From Nitrospinaceae bacterium (lineage in GTDB: Bacteria; Nitrospinota; Nitrospinia; Nitrospinales; VA-1): 64,000 bases of DNA. The stretch is taken from contig JBHHVU010000014.1 of NCBI GenBank assembly GCA_046754465.1, positions 1-64,000 on the forward strand, read 5' to 3'. Positions 28,440 through 36,480 of this stretch are shown here, one piece after another; position 1 is the first letter of the stretch, and the number at the start of each line of letters is the position of its first letter. The position numbers were made by a program, and so were the translations under genes. A model generated the notes under the pieces. That model was not told the origin of the DNA. It saw only the letters and a program-made list of their open reading frames with translations, and ran no database searches.

Positions 28440-29093
28440 CTATTTTATCAATCCATTTTTGAGGGCATAATGGATCAGTTCTGCGTTGCTTTCCAGACCC
28501 ATTTTTCCCAGGATGCGCGACCGGTAGGTGCTCACGGTGTTGATACTGATGGAAAGTTCAACGGCGATCGACTTCAATTTCTTTCCGGACGCGATGAGAT
28601 GCAATACTTGGAATTCCCTGTCGGTCAGGGATTCATGAGGAAGTTTTTCCAGATCCTTATTCAGTTGAAAAACCAGTTTGTCGGTCAGGGAGGGCGAGAC
28701 GAAGGTTCCTCCCCGGGCTACTTTTCTCACGGCTTCCACGAGTTGTTGGGAAGCGCTCGCCTTGCCGAGGTATCCCGCCGCCCCGGCCTTGAGAAACCGG
28801 GTGCCATAATGATCTTCCGGGAATATACTTAAAATGATGACCGGCAATTGGGGTCGGATGGATTTCAAATCGATCAACGTGTCCAAACCGTTTTTTCCCG
28901 GCATCTCATAATCCAGCAAAACCACATCCACTTCCAAATCCCGGACCATCTTCAAAACTTCATTGCCGTTTTCAGCCTCACCCACCACGCACAAATCCTG
29001 GGTTTCCGAAAGAATGGTTTTAATGCCTTGCCGCACGACCTCGTGGTCGTCCGCAATCAAAACCTTGATGGCGTGTTTTTTGGATACATTCAT
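28440..29093 (-). CDS. NarL/LuxR-family response regulator
   Basis: IADDH, LLD, GAAGYLGK receiver motifs; LTDREFQV...TVSTYR HTH. Confidence 0.95.
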   Translation of the reverse strand: MNVSKKHAIKVLIADDHEVVRQGIKTILSETQDLCVVGEAENGNEVLKMVRDLEVDVVLLDYEMPGKNGLDTLIDLKSIRPQLPVIILSIFPEDHYGTRFLKAGAAGYLGKASASQQLVEAVRKVARGGTFVSPSLTDKLVFQLNKDLEKLPHESLTDREFQVLHLIASGKKLKSIAVELSISINTVSTYRSRILGKMGLESNAELIHYALKNGLIK

Positions 29094-30403
29094 TTTTTCT
29101 GCATGGGAATGACGACTGTCACGGTTGTTCCCTTTCCGGGGGCGCCTTGAAATTGCACCTCCCCATTCCAGGGACGGACCCGCTCACGAATCCCTATCAA
29201 ACCCAGGGAGCGGGCATCATCGATTCGTCTTTCATCAATGCCCCGGCCATTGTCACGAATTTTCATGACCAACACACCATCCTGCAGGTCCATGCTCACT
29301 TGCACCCGGCTGGCCTGGGCATGACGGAAAATATTGGTGAGCGATTCCTGAAAAATCCGAAACAAGGTCGTATTAAGGTCTTTATCCAAATCCACGTGCT
29401 CTTGAAGACCAGAGAGGTCCATTTTCAACTCATACCTTTTTTGATATTCCCCCGCTTGCCACACGATGGCTTCACAAAGGCCAAAAGCGTCCAATATCGG
29501 AGGACGCAGCTCCATGGCAATCCGTTGCACGGATTGAATGGTAAGATCGATCCCTCCAACCATGGATTGAATTTTTTGCTGGAACTCCCGAAGATCCCGA
29601 GGACACTTTTTCTCCAGATGCAACAAATCCATTTTTAAAGCGGTCAAGGATTGCCCCATCTCGTCGTGAACCTCCCTGGAAAAATGAGATTTTTCCTCCT
29701 CCCGGACGGATTGAATTTGTTGGCTTAATTTCCGCAGGTGTTCCCGGGATTTCAATAGATCCTCCCGGGTTTTCTTATGGCCTTCAATTTCATCGATAAG
29801 CGTTTGGTTGATCTGCGTCAAATTATCCGTCCGCGATTTCACCAAGGCCTCCAGGTGGTGGCGGTATTGATCCAATTCATCCTCCGTCTGCTTCCGCTGT
29901 ATGGCATCGGCTATCAACCCTCCAATGGAAAGCAAAACCTCCTGGCTATGCCGGTACCAGGCGGGGTAGGTGTTGGTATAGAGAAACATCACTCCCACCA
30001 GTTCGTCGCGGCTTTTGAGAGGGACAATATAATGACCATGCGCCTTCATATCCTTGAACGTTCTTTCATGCCGGGAATCGGAAAAACAATTTTCGCTCAT
30101 CAGCAAATCCCCCGAATCCGCTACGCGGCCGCAAAGGCAATTGCCAAAAGGGACCTCCCTTTCTTTATCAAGAAATTCCTCCGAAAAATCCCCAAACGTG
30201 GTCAATAGCCGCAAAACTTTTTTGTCCCGGTCCGCCAGGAAAATTCCGGCCTTGTTTTCCACCTTGATTTCCTCAAACTCGGTCAGGGCCCGCATTGTTT
30301 TTTGCAACATGTCTTTCAGTTCACACGGATTCTGTAAAATCCGGGCCACTTGGTGGAGCACCTTGTATTCTTCCGTTATCCGGCTGTGAGATTCCTGGGA
30401 CAT
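29090..30403 (-). CDS. Cytoplasmic GAF sensor histidine kinase (HisKA_3)
   Basis: GAF domain, coiled coil, REVHDEMGQ H-box, ESLTNIFRHA, DNGRG, GLIGIRER; no TM segment. Confidence 0.92.
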   Translation of the reverse strand: MSQESHSRITEEYKVLHQVARILQNPCELKDMLQKTMRALTEFEEIKVENKAGIFLADRDKKVLRLLTTFGDFSEEFLDKEREVPFGNCLCGRVADSGDLLMSENCFSDSRHERTFKDMKAHGHYIVPLKSRDELVGVMFLYTNTYPAWYRHSQEVLLSIGGLIADAIQRKQTEDELDQYRHHLEALVKSRTDNLTQINQTLIDEIEGHKKTREDLLKSREHLRKLSQQIQSVREEEKSHFSREVHDEMGQSLTALKMDLLHLEKKCPRDLREFQQKIQSMVGGIDLTIQSVQRIAMELRPPILDAFGLCEAIVWQAGEYQKRYELKMDLSGLQEHVDLDKDLNTTLFRIFQESLTNIFRHAQASRVQVSMDLQDGVLVMKIRDNGRGIDERRIDDARSLGLIGIRERVRPWNGEVQFQGAPGKGTTVTVVIPMQKK

Positions 30404-30842
30404 GGGGCGTTATCAGAATCGAAAACCTGGTTGGTGCTTTTCAATTTAACAATAATGAAGAATTCAGGCTTGGCGGGACCCCGCCCGAAAAAATGAGTCC
30501 CCGTTCGAGGGCAATGAAAAATATTATAAACCACCCCACAGGTTGATTGAAACGATTTCCGGGATGCAAGCTGTTTCCAAGGAGCGGGGGGTTCCCGTGG
30601 CACCGAAAATTGCAATTATCATTCAGGAGGATGCTATTTTTAATGGGTGGGCACTCGATTGAAGGCGGGATAAAATGGTTTAGTGCGCAACCGGAAATTC
30701 TTCCTACTCAGGATGCTATGGAAAAGGTAAAGGACCCCTCACCTTTTCCGGTTGGATATTGCCAGGAAAACACCGGATTAAAAATTTCCCGATCGAAAAC
30801 GAAAACCCGCTTTTACGTTGCCGTTTTGACAAAAGATGTCAT

Positions 30843-30885
30843 AAAACCCCGCCAGCTCCATAACAACCCCCGGGAAAGGCGGGGT
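30843..30885 (-). terminator. Possible intrinsic terminator of the CBS gene
   Basis: Minus strand ACCCCGCC...GGCGGGGT followed by TTT just after the stop codon; the loop is unusually long. Confidence 0.3.
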
Positions 30886-30890
30886 CCCGT

Positions 30891-31295
30891 CTATCTCACC
30901 ATATGAAACGTTTGAGCGCAGTAAGAAAACAAATCCTTGACCAATAACACGCCCACGATTTTATCCTTCTCCGTTACGGCGAGATGCCGGATTCTGTTTT
31001 TGCACATGAATTCCCCCGCATCCTCGATAGGCTGGTGGCAGTCCATGGAGAGAATGGGTTTACTCATGACAGATGAAATTTTTGTGGTTTCGGGATCCAA
31101 TCCTCGGCCGATCACGTTGCAGGTAATATCTTTTTCACAGAGGATTCCCACGTACTCCTCATTTTTAGTGACAAAAAGCGCCCCCACCTCGTGATCATGC
31201 ATGTATTTTGCCGCCTCTTGAACCGTTGCATCGGAATCAATGCTCAATACGGGAAAACTCATATACTCCCTAATTTCTCCCATGATTTTTTTCAT
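30891..31295 (-). CDS. Stand-alone CBS-pair protein
   Basis: VGALFV..YVGILCEKDI and IRHLAV..IVGVL..KDL tandem CBS motifs. Confidence 0.9.
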   Translation of the reverse strand: MKKIMGEIREYMSFPVLSIDSDATVQEAAKYMHDHEVGALFVTKNEEYVGILCEKDITCNVIGRGLDPETTKISSVMSKPILSMDCHQPIEDAGEFMCKNRIRHLAVTEKDKIVGVLLVKDLFSYCAQTFHMVR

Positions 31296-31520
31296 CTTCT
31301 TCCACCCCCTCCCATTCCTTCAAAATCAACATTTCTTGTTAAGATTCAATGAGTTAGATAAAAATTTAAAACTAACTCACCCCTCCTACGTTCCAAAACC
31401 GGAGAACCCCAGCTAAATTATAATATAGGCTTCGTTTCCCGGAATTTCCCTTTTATTTTAATAAAACAGTCCCTCAATAGACTGTCTGAAAATAGAGAAT
31501 CAGGTTGAATTGGGTGCGGC

Positions 31521-31535
31521 GGGGGGGGGGGGGGG
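31521..31535. repeat. G15 homopolymer
   Basis: 15 consecutive G in the intergenic region. Confidence 0.85.
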
Positions 31536-31571
31536 ACGTAGCAGGAGGGTCAGCCTTTGAACCTTAAAATT

Positions 31572-31730
31572 TTATTTTTTTTCCGACGATTCATGGTCCT
31601 TCTTTCCGGAAAAAAAGCTGATCAATTTTCCCACTCCCCGGGCAAAGGGGTCGGGGAAAAAATAGATCAGAAGAATTATCAAGACTAAAAATACAGGACT
31701 CAAAATTATGAGGACCGATTCTGTATCCAT
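31572..31730 (-). CDS. Small (52 aa) single-pass membrane protein, absent from the ORF track
   Basis: MDTESVLIILSPVFLVLIILLIYFFPDPFARGVGKLISFFSGKKDHESSEKK*; preceded by GAGAGGTGAAAGGAACC; 30 nt after the upstream stop. Confidence 0.65.
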   Translation of the reverse strand: MDTESVLIILSPVFLVLIILLIYFFPDPFARGVGKLISFFSGKKDHESSEKK

Positions 31731-31760
31731 GGTTCCTTTCACCTCTCGATCAAAATAATT

Positions 31761-32237
31761 TCATCCTTTCAGGCGATTAAAATTTTCACCGGCTTTCATC
31801 ACGATCTGGTCCAGAAGAACCCAAGGGATTTCATAATCCTGCGTCACCGCCTTCAGGAGTAGGATATTGGTTTTGCCGGAAGGGCTTTTTTCTTTTCTGA
31901 AATACAATTTAACAGGGCCATTATGACTCAAATCAGTATCCAGGTGTTGGACGGTTAAAATCCACGTCGCCCCTTGTCCCTCTTTCCATTCCTGTTCGTC
32001 CCCGATTGTCGATAAAAATTCACCAAAGGTCAAAAACTTTTTTTCATGGAAGGAAACATAATACCCGGCGTAACCGGTATCGGAAACCAGGCTCTTATAA
32101 ACGATGGTGCGGTCATACCAGTCCTCCGGCGGTTGGGGCATTAAGGAACACCCCACGGAAAAAAGGACCAGGATCAGGATCCATAAGGACCCTACCCCAC
32201 TCCTCGGAAGGGGAGATTTGCAATGAATCACCCGCAT
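31761..32237 (-). CDS. Hypothetical lipoprotein
   Basis: Hydrophobic stretch ending in a lipobox-like SVGC; GAGG upstream. Confidence 0.65.
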   Translation of the reverse strand: MRVIHCKSPLPRSGVGSLWILILVLFSVGCSLMPQPPEDWYDRTIVYKSLVSDTGYAGYYVSFHEKKFLTFGEFLSTIGDEQEWKEGQGATWILTVQHLDTDLSHNGPVKLYFRKEKSPSGKTNILLLKAVTQDYEIPWVLLDQIVMKAGENFNRLKG

Positions 32238-32758
32238 CTAATCCTCATTGGCATCCCTTACCCCGGGCAACCAACCACCCGAATAAGAATAAATGAATCT
32301 GGCAAAAATATCGCCCCCCTAGCTTTCCGGGCCGATCATTTTTCCCGGGGCTAATGATTTTAGCCTATTTCAGGGGCTCTTTTTTGTCAATTTATTTGAT
32401 CGGCCCGCCGTTAAGGTTTTATGAGGGTTGCCTGAATTACCGGCGCATATCCCGCAAAAAAAAAGGTCCGACAGGAAAAACGGTCCTGAACCGGATTTTT
32501 CCTCCAGTCCGACCCCATTCGTATTTGCTTTCCAAATGTAACCAGATCGTAACCCAGTCTTGACACAATATTGATAATGACCTGGCATTCTAAGGGAACT
32601 TCCTTATGCGGATTCGTAACGTAAAGCCTCTAATGCGGATGCCATTCCCCAGGCCATAAGTTGCTCCTCCCCAATACTTCCCTTTGGGGAATGGTACCCG
32701 TTTTTTTTCGGGGAAACGGACCCTACCGCGGGTGCTTCCCCGAGAGTTCATTCAATTA

Positions 32759-33496
32759 ATGCAGCGAGGCATGTTTCTTTCCAAACGACATAGCACTTTT
32801 TTTTCCGCGGGCCTGGCCTTGGTTTTTCTTGGCCATTTCACGGGTAAAATGCCCCAATATCTTACCGGCGTCTCCCCCTATCATTCCGCCGCGATTCATT
32901 TCGAGGACCGGGTCTTCAGGAACATCCAGAAAAATCGGGAAAAAGAAAAATTGAGATTGGACCGATTCCTTCTTGAAACCCAAAAAAAACGCCGGCAGTT
33001 TGAGTTCAGGTACCGAAAAAGGGTCAAGGAAAAAATTCTCGAAGTCCTGGCGAATTACAAAACGGGACTTCCTTACGAATATTTGAATCACATTCCCGAG
33101 TGGATTATCGTGGAAAGCCGAAACTATGGATACGATCCGATGTTTCTGACCGCCCTCATTATCACCGAAAGCTCCTTCAACAACTGGGCGGAATCGCATC
33201 GCGGGGCCTTGGGGCTGATGCAGATTCTCCCCACCACGGGCCAGGCCCTGGCGCGGGAAACCCGGTTAACCTGGAGGGGCAAACCCACCCTGTACGATCC
33301 TGAAACCAATATCGCCCTGGGAACCTACTATCTCAACAAACTGCTCGGCCGCTACGGCGACCTCCACTTGGCCCTGGAAGCTTATAACTGGGGTCCTTCC
33401 AAGTTGGACCAGGTTTTAAAAAATGGGCTCAAGCCCACGCGTTATTCGGAAAAGGTCCTTGAAATTTACCAAATGATTCGCTTCGAACCGATCTGA
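32759..33496 (+). CDS. Lytic transglycosylase (SLT domain)
   Basis: IITESSFN (catalytic Glu), GALGLMQI and AYNWG motifs. Start uncertain (frame open from 32684). Confidence 0.9.
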   Translation: MQRGMFLSKRHSTFFSAGLALVFLGHFTGKMPQYLTGVSPYHSAAIHFEDRVFRNIQKNREKEKLRLDRFLLETQKKRRQFEFRYRKRVKEKILEVLANYKTGLPYEYLNHIPEWIIVESRNYGYDPMFLTALIITESSFNNWAESHRGALGLMQILPTTGQALARETRLTWRGKPTLYDPETNIALGTYYLNKLLGRYGDLHLALEAYNWGPSKLDQVLKNGLKPTRYSEKVLEIYQMIRFEPI

Positions 33497-33526
33497 CCCG
33501 GCACCCGGGATTCCTGCGGGCCTCAA

Positions 33527-34159
33527 TCAGGGTTCATTCTGCTCGGCAAACACTTTCACCACGGTTTCCGCGAACTGGACGGCGGCTTCCGCGCCCCTGG
33601 CGGTGATAATACGATCATCCCTGGTCACCGGGTCGTCCACGTGCTGGATACCGCAATCGTCCAGGGTTTTGAGAAAGGCTTCCTGGTCCGGACCCGCGGC
33701 CAGGCCTTTTAACAGGGAGGCTTTGGCCAGTACCGCGACGGACAGGCCGATCGCTCCCACGATTTTCCCCGCGCGATAATGATCCGTCAGAATTTGCGGC
33801 AGGATCGGATCGTTCCACAGGGATTTTGGGGATCCCTTTCCCCCCGTGACAAGAACCGCACCGTATTTTCCCGTGATTCCCTGCTGCCGGTTCCAGTCGA
33901 TGACCATGCCGTGAGGTTGGAACCGGTTTTTTTTCATGCCGGCCGCCTCCCGCCCGCTGGGGGATAAAATGACGGTCCGGGCTCCCGCGCTTTCCAAATG
34001 GGAACGGGTAATGAACAATTCCTCCTCACAGAATTGGTTCTTCGGAATCACCATCAGAATGTTTTTTCCCGTAAGCTCACCCATGTCATCGACTTTCTTC
34101 CAGCCAGGAAAAGATTTTACCTCCGCGGTTTGGTTGTAAAATGGATTTTGATCCGTCAA
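33527..34159 (-). CDS. DJ-1/PfpI family protein lacking the nucleophile Cys
   Basis: ILMVI..F.EEE, VLVTGGKG, GKIVGAIGLS, IITARG. Alternative start at 34084. Confidence 0.8.
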   Translation of the reverse strand: MTDQNPFYNQTAEVKSFPGWKKVDDMGELTGKNILMVIPKNQFCEEELFITRSHLESAGARTVILSPSGREAAGMKKNRFQPHGMVIDWNRQQGITGKYGAVLVTGGKGSPKSLWNDPILPQILTDHYRAGKIVGAIGLSVAVLAKASLLKGLAAGPDQEAFLKTLDDCGIQHVDDPVTRDDRIITARGAEAAVQFAETVVKVFAEQNEP

Positions 34160-34245
34160 TCTCGGGGGGAAGGGACAAGACCTGTAGACTTCCTCCTCTT
34201 CACATCCTTTTCAACTTCGCGAATTTAATGAAGGAGGACACTCCC

Positions 34246-34557
34246 ATGCCCATCTGCATGACCGCCCGTTACCGGGTCCGACCCCACTTCACCGAGGCGT
34301 GTAAAAATACCGTCCAGGACCTGGTGGAACACGTTAAAGCCAAGGAACCCGGCACCCTGTTCTACTTGGCCAAACAGGAAATCCTGAATCCGCGAGCTTT
34401 CCAGCATCTCATTCTATTCGAAAATGAGGCGGCCCTGGCCATCCACCAGAGTTCCAAGGCGTCGGAACGTTTTGTCAACGCCTTATATCCCGAGACGGTG
34501 GAACCCGTGGAATTCATGGAATACAATATCATCGCTTTCAAGGGAGGGAATCCGTAG
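34246..34557 (+). CDS. ABM-domain (putative quinol monooxygenase-like) protein
   Basis: AAGGAGG then ATG at 34246; EPGTLFY and ALAIH motifs. Confidence 0.75.
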   Translation: MPICMTARYRVRPHFTEACKNTVQDLVEHVKAKEPGTLFYLAKQEILNPRAFQHLILFENEAALAIHQSSKASERFVNALYPETVEPVEFMEYNIIAFKGGNP

Positions 34558-34588
34558 TTCCGAGCGTTCGGCCGTGCTCCGGGGAATG

Positions 34589-34972
34589 TCAACTGTTGAT
34601 ATCTTTCAGAAGGTCGGCCAGCTTGGCCAGTTCCTTTTCCATCCGCAAGGGTTGAGGATGGGAGGCGGGGTTCTCTTCCTCTATATAGCAGGGTCCGACG
34701 CCGAGTTCGCCGTCTTCCTCCTGGGGAAACGGGGAAGGCGCGTCCGGAAGCACCTGGGCCGAGGTTTCATCCTTAAAATACCGGGTCAGTTGGTGATGCT
34801 GGTCGAGCCGCAGCCAACGGATTCCATCCACCGATATTTCATCCGATCGCAACAGCCTCTTTCCCTCGATGTAAGGGACCAGCATTTTCGTGGGAATGCC
34901 GGCGGCCACCTTTTTACCGCGGCGAATCATGACGGTGGATACGGGCGGGGGGATATTTTCGTTTTCGGTCAT
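34589..34972 (-). CDS. Hypothetical protein
   Basis: 127 aa; start overlaps the lgt stop (ATGA); DEISVDGIRW is weakly GYF_2-like. Confidence 0.6.
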   Translation of the reverse strand: MTENENIPPPVSTVMIRRGKKVAAGIPTKMLVPYIEGKRLLRSDEISVDGIRWLRLDQHHQLTRYFKDETSAQVLPDAPSPFPQEEDGELGVGPCYIEEENPASHPQPLRMEKELAKLADLLKDINS

Positions 34973-35751
34973 TTTTGCATCAGGGCGGGGGTTTTTCCGC
35001 CACGCCGGAGATAAATCAGCATTAGCACGGAAAACCCCAGTATAAATATGCCGATGAATTGCGAGGTGGAAAAAACATTTTGGACGGCAAAACCCCGGTC
35101 GTCGCCTCGAAAATATTCGATGATAAACCTTCCGATCGAATAGAGGATACCATAGGTCCAGATGATTTGGCCGTCAAAGGATTTACGCTTTCTCAGCCAC
35201 ATCAGGAACGAAAAAATAATGATCGCATTGAGAGAAAGATAGATCTGGGTCGGATGCAAAGGAACGCCCAGGGGGGCCAGTGACTTGGGATCGGTGAACG
35301 TGATTGCCCAGGGTACATCGGTTTTGGTCCCGTAACAGCAGCCAGCGAAAAAGCATCCCCACCTGCCGATCGCCTGACCGATCGCGATGGAGGGGGCCAG
35401 AAGGTCCGCGACTTTCCATTGGGGCATCCCCTTCTTTTTCATATAAACGATCGATACCGTCACTCCCAAAATCAACCCCCCATAATAGACCAGTCCCCCT
35501 TTCCAGAATTTAAAAATTTCCAGGGGATGGCTCAAAAAATATTTGTGCTCGACGATCACATAAAGCAGCCGGGCGCCGAGCAGGGAAGAAATCAGGATAT
35601 AAAAACAAAGGTCGATGATTTTCTGGGGATCCAGCCCTTCTTTTTTACCCAGGTGAGCGGCGAAAAGGATGGCCGCAAAAAAACCCGTGGCCACAAGCAG
35701 GCCGTAGGTAAAAATCTTGAAAAATCCGAATTCCACAAGTATGGGATGCAT
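34969..35751 (-). CDS. lgt: Prolipoprotein diacylglyceryl transferase
   Basis: GARLLYV, GGLVYYGG, IGRWGCFFAGCCYG, HPTQIY, RFIIEYFR. Confidence 0.95.
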   Translation of the reverse strand: MHPILVEFGFFKIFTYGLLVATGFFAAILFAAHLGKKEGLDPQKIIDLCFYILISSLLGARLLYVIVEHKYFLSHPLEIFKFWKGGLVYYGGLILGVTVSIVYMKKKGMPQWKVADLLAPSIAIGQAIGRWGCFFAGCCYGTKTDVPWAITFTDPKSLAPLGVPLHPTQIYLSLNAIIIFSFLMWLRKRKSFDGQIIWTYGILYSIGRFIIEYFRGDDRGFAVQNVFSTSQFIGIFILGFSVLMLIYLRRGGKTPALMQK

Positions 35752-35790
35752 GGATCAGGCTCGCTTTGAATCAGAAAAGGTTTAACCTGC

Positions 35791-35942
35791 ATATTGCATG
35801 AACAAAGGAACAGCCAAACGCCCCATGGAAGGCCCCTCATCCCAACCTGTCACCCAGTGGGTGCCCCCAAAGGAGGGGGAGGGGTGGGGTAAGGGTCTCA
35901 AATGGATCTCACGGCCCAATCATAATTCCACTCATGCAATAT
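35791..35942. mobile_element. 152-bp MITE/REP-like element
   Basis: Perfect 11-bp terminal inverted repeats ATATTGCATGA (35791-35801) and TCATGCAATAT (35932-35942) around a C-rich/G-rich hairpin core. Confidence 0.5.
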
Positions 35943-35970
35943 TCGGGCAGGCAATCCTGGGATTAAAAAT

Positions 35971-36474
35971 TCATTGGATTTCCGGCCCAGCCATCTTGTC
36001 CGGCTGTTTTTTGAAAAGATCGAGAATCATCAATCCCACTCCTATTGTAATGCACGAATCCGCGATATTGAAGGCCGGAAAACTGTATTGATCGTAATAA
36101 AACTGCAAAAAATCGATAACTTCTTTATAAATAATGCGGTCAATCAGGTTGCCCACCGCCCCGCCGAATATGAGAATAAGCCCCGTTTGGACCATCCCTT
36201 TATCTCCCTGGGTCTGATGGAAGATAACCAATATAGCCAGGATGGCGACTGTGGAGATGACGATAAAGATCAGCGCCTTGTATTCGGAATCGTGCTGGGC
36301 GAACAACCCGAACGCCACGCCGGGGTTGCGGATATGGGTGATGCTGAAAAAATTATCGATCACGCGGACGGAATAATACAGGGGAAGATGGGTCGTCACC
36401 AGGAATTTGGTGTACTGGTCCAGCACAATCAGCGCATTGGAAAGCAACATAAAATGCAGGTATTTGTTCTTCAA
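35971..36474 (-). CDS. lspA: Lipoprotein signal peptidase II
   Basis: DQYTK, NPGVAFG, GNLIDR, VIDF, FNIADS; follows ileS. Confidence 0.95.
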   Translation of the reverse strand: MKNKYLHFMLLSNALIVLDQYTKFLVTTHLPLYYSVRVIDNFFSITHIRNPGVAFGLFAQHDSEYKALIFIVISTVAILAILVIFHQTQGDKGMVQTGLILIFGGAVGNLIDRIIYKEVIDFLQFYYDQYSFPAFNIADSCITIGVGLMILDLFKKQPDKMAGPEIQ

Positions 36475-36480
36475 GGGAAC

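Noticed and set aside
30598..30614. TGGCAC...TTGCA sigma54-like promoter and the following ORF 30547..30906
   Set aside because: GG-to-GC spacing is 11 nt rather than 10, and the ORF has no recognisable features.
30474..30889. 12-bp inverted repeat CGGGACCCCGCC / GGCGGGGTCCCG bounding the intergenic region
   Set aside because: Does not extend, shows no target duplication, and each arm belongs to its own local hairpin; chance cannot be excluded.
32560..32760. Possible riboswitch or Fur box in the leader of the lytic transglycosylase
   Set aside because: Only a TTGACA and a GATAATGA half-site; conserved c-di-AMP or c-di-GMP riboswitch elements were not found.
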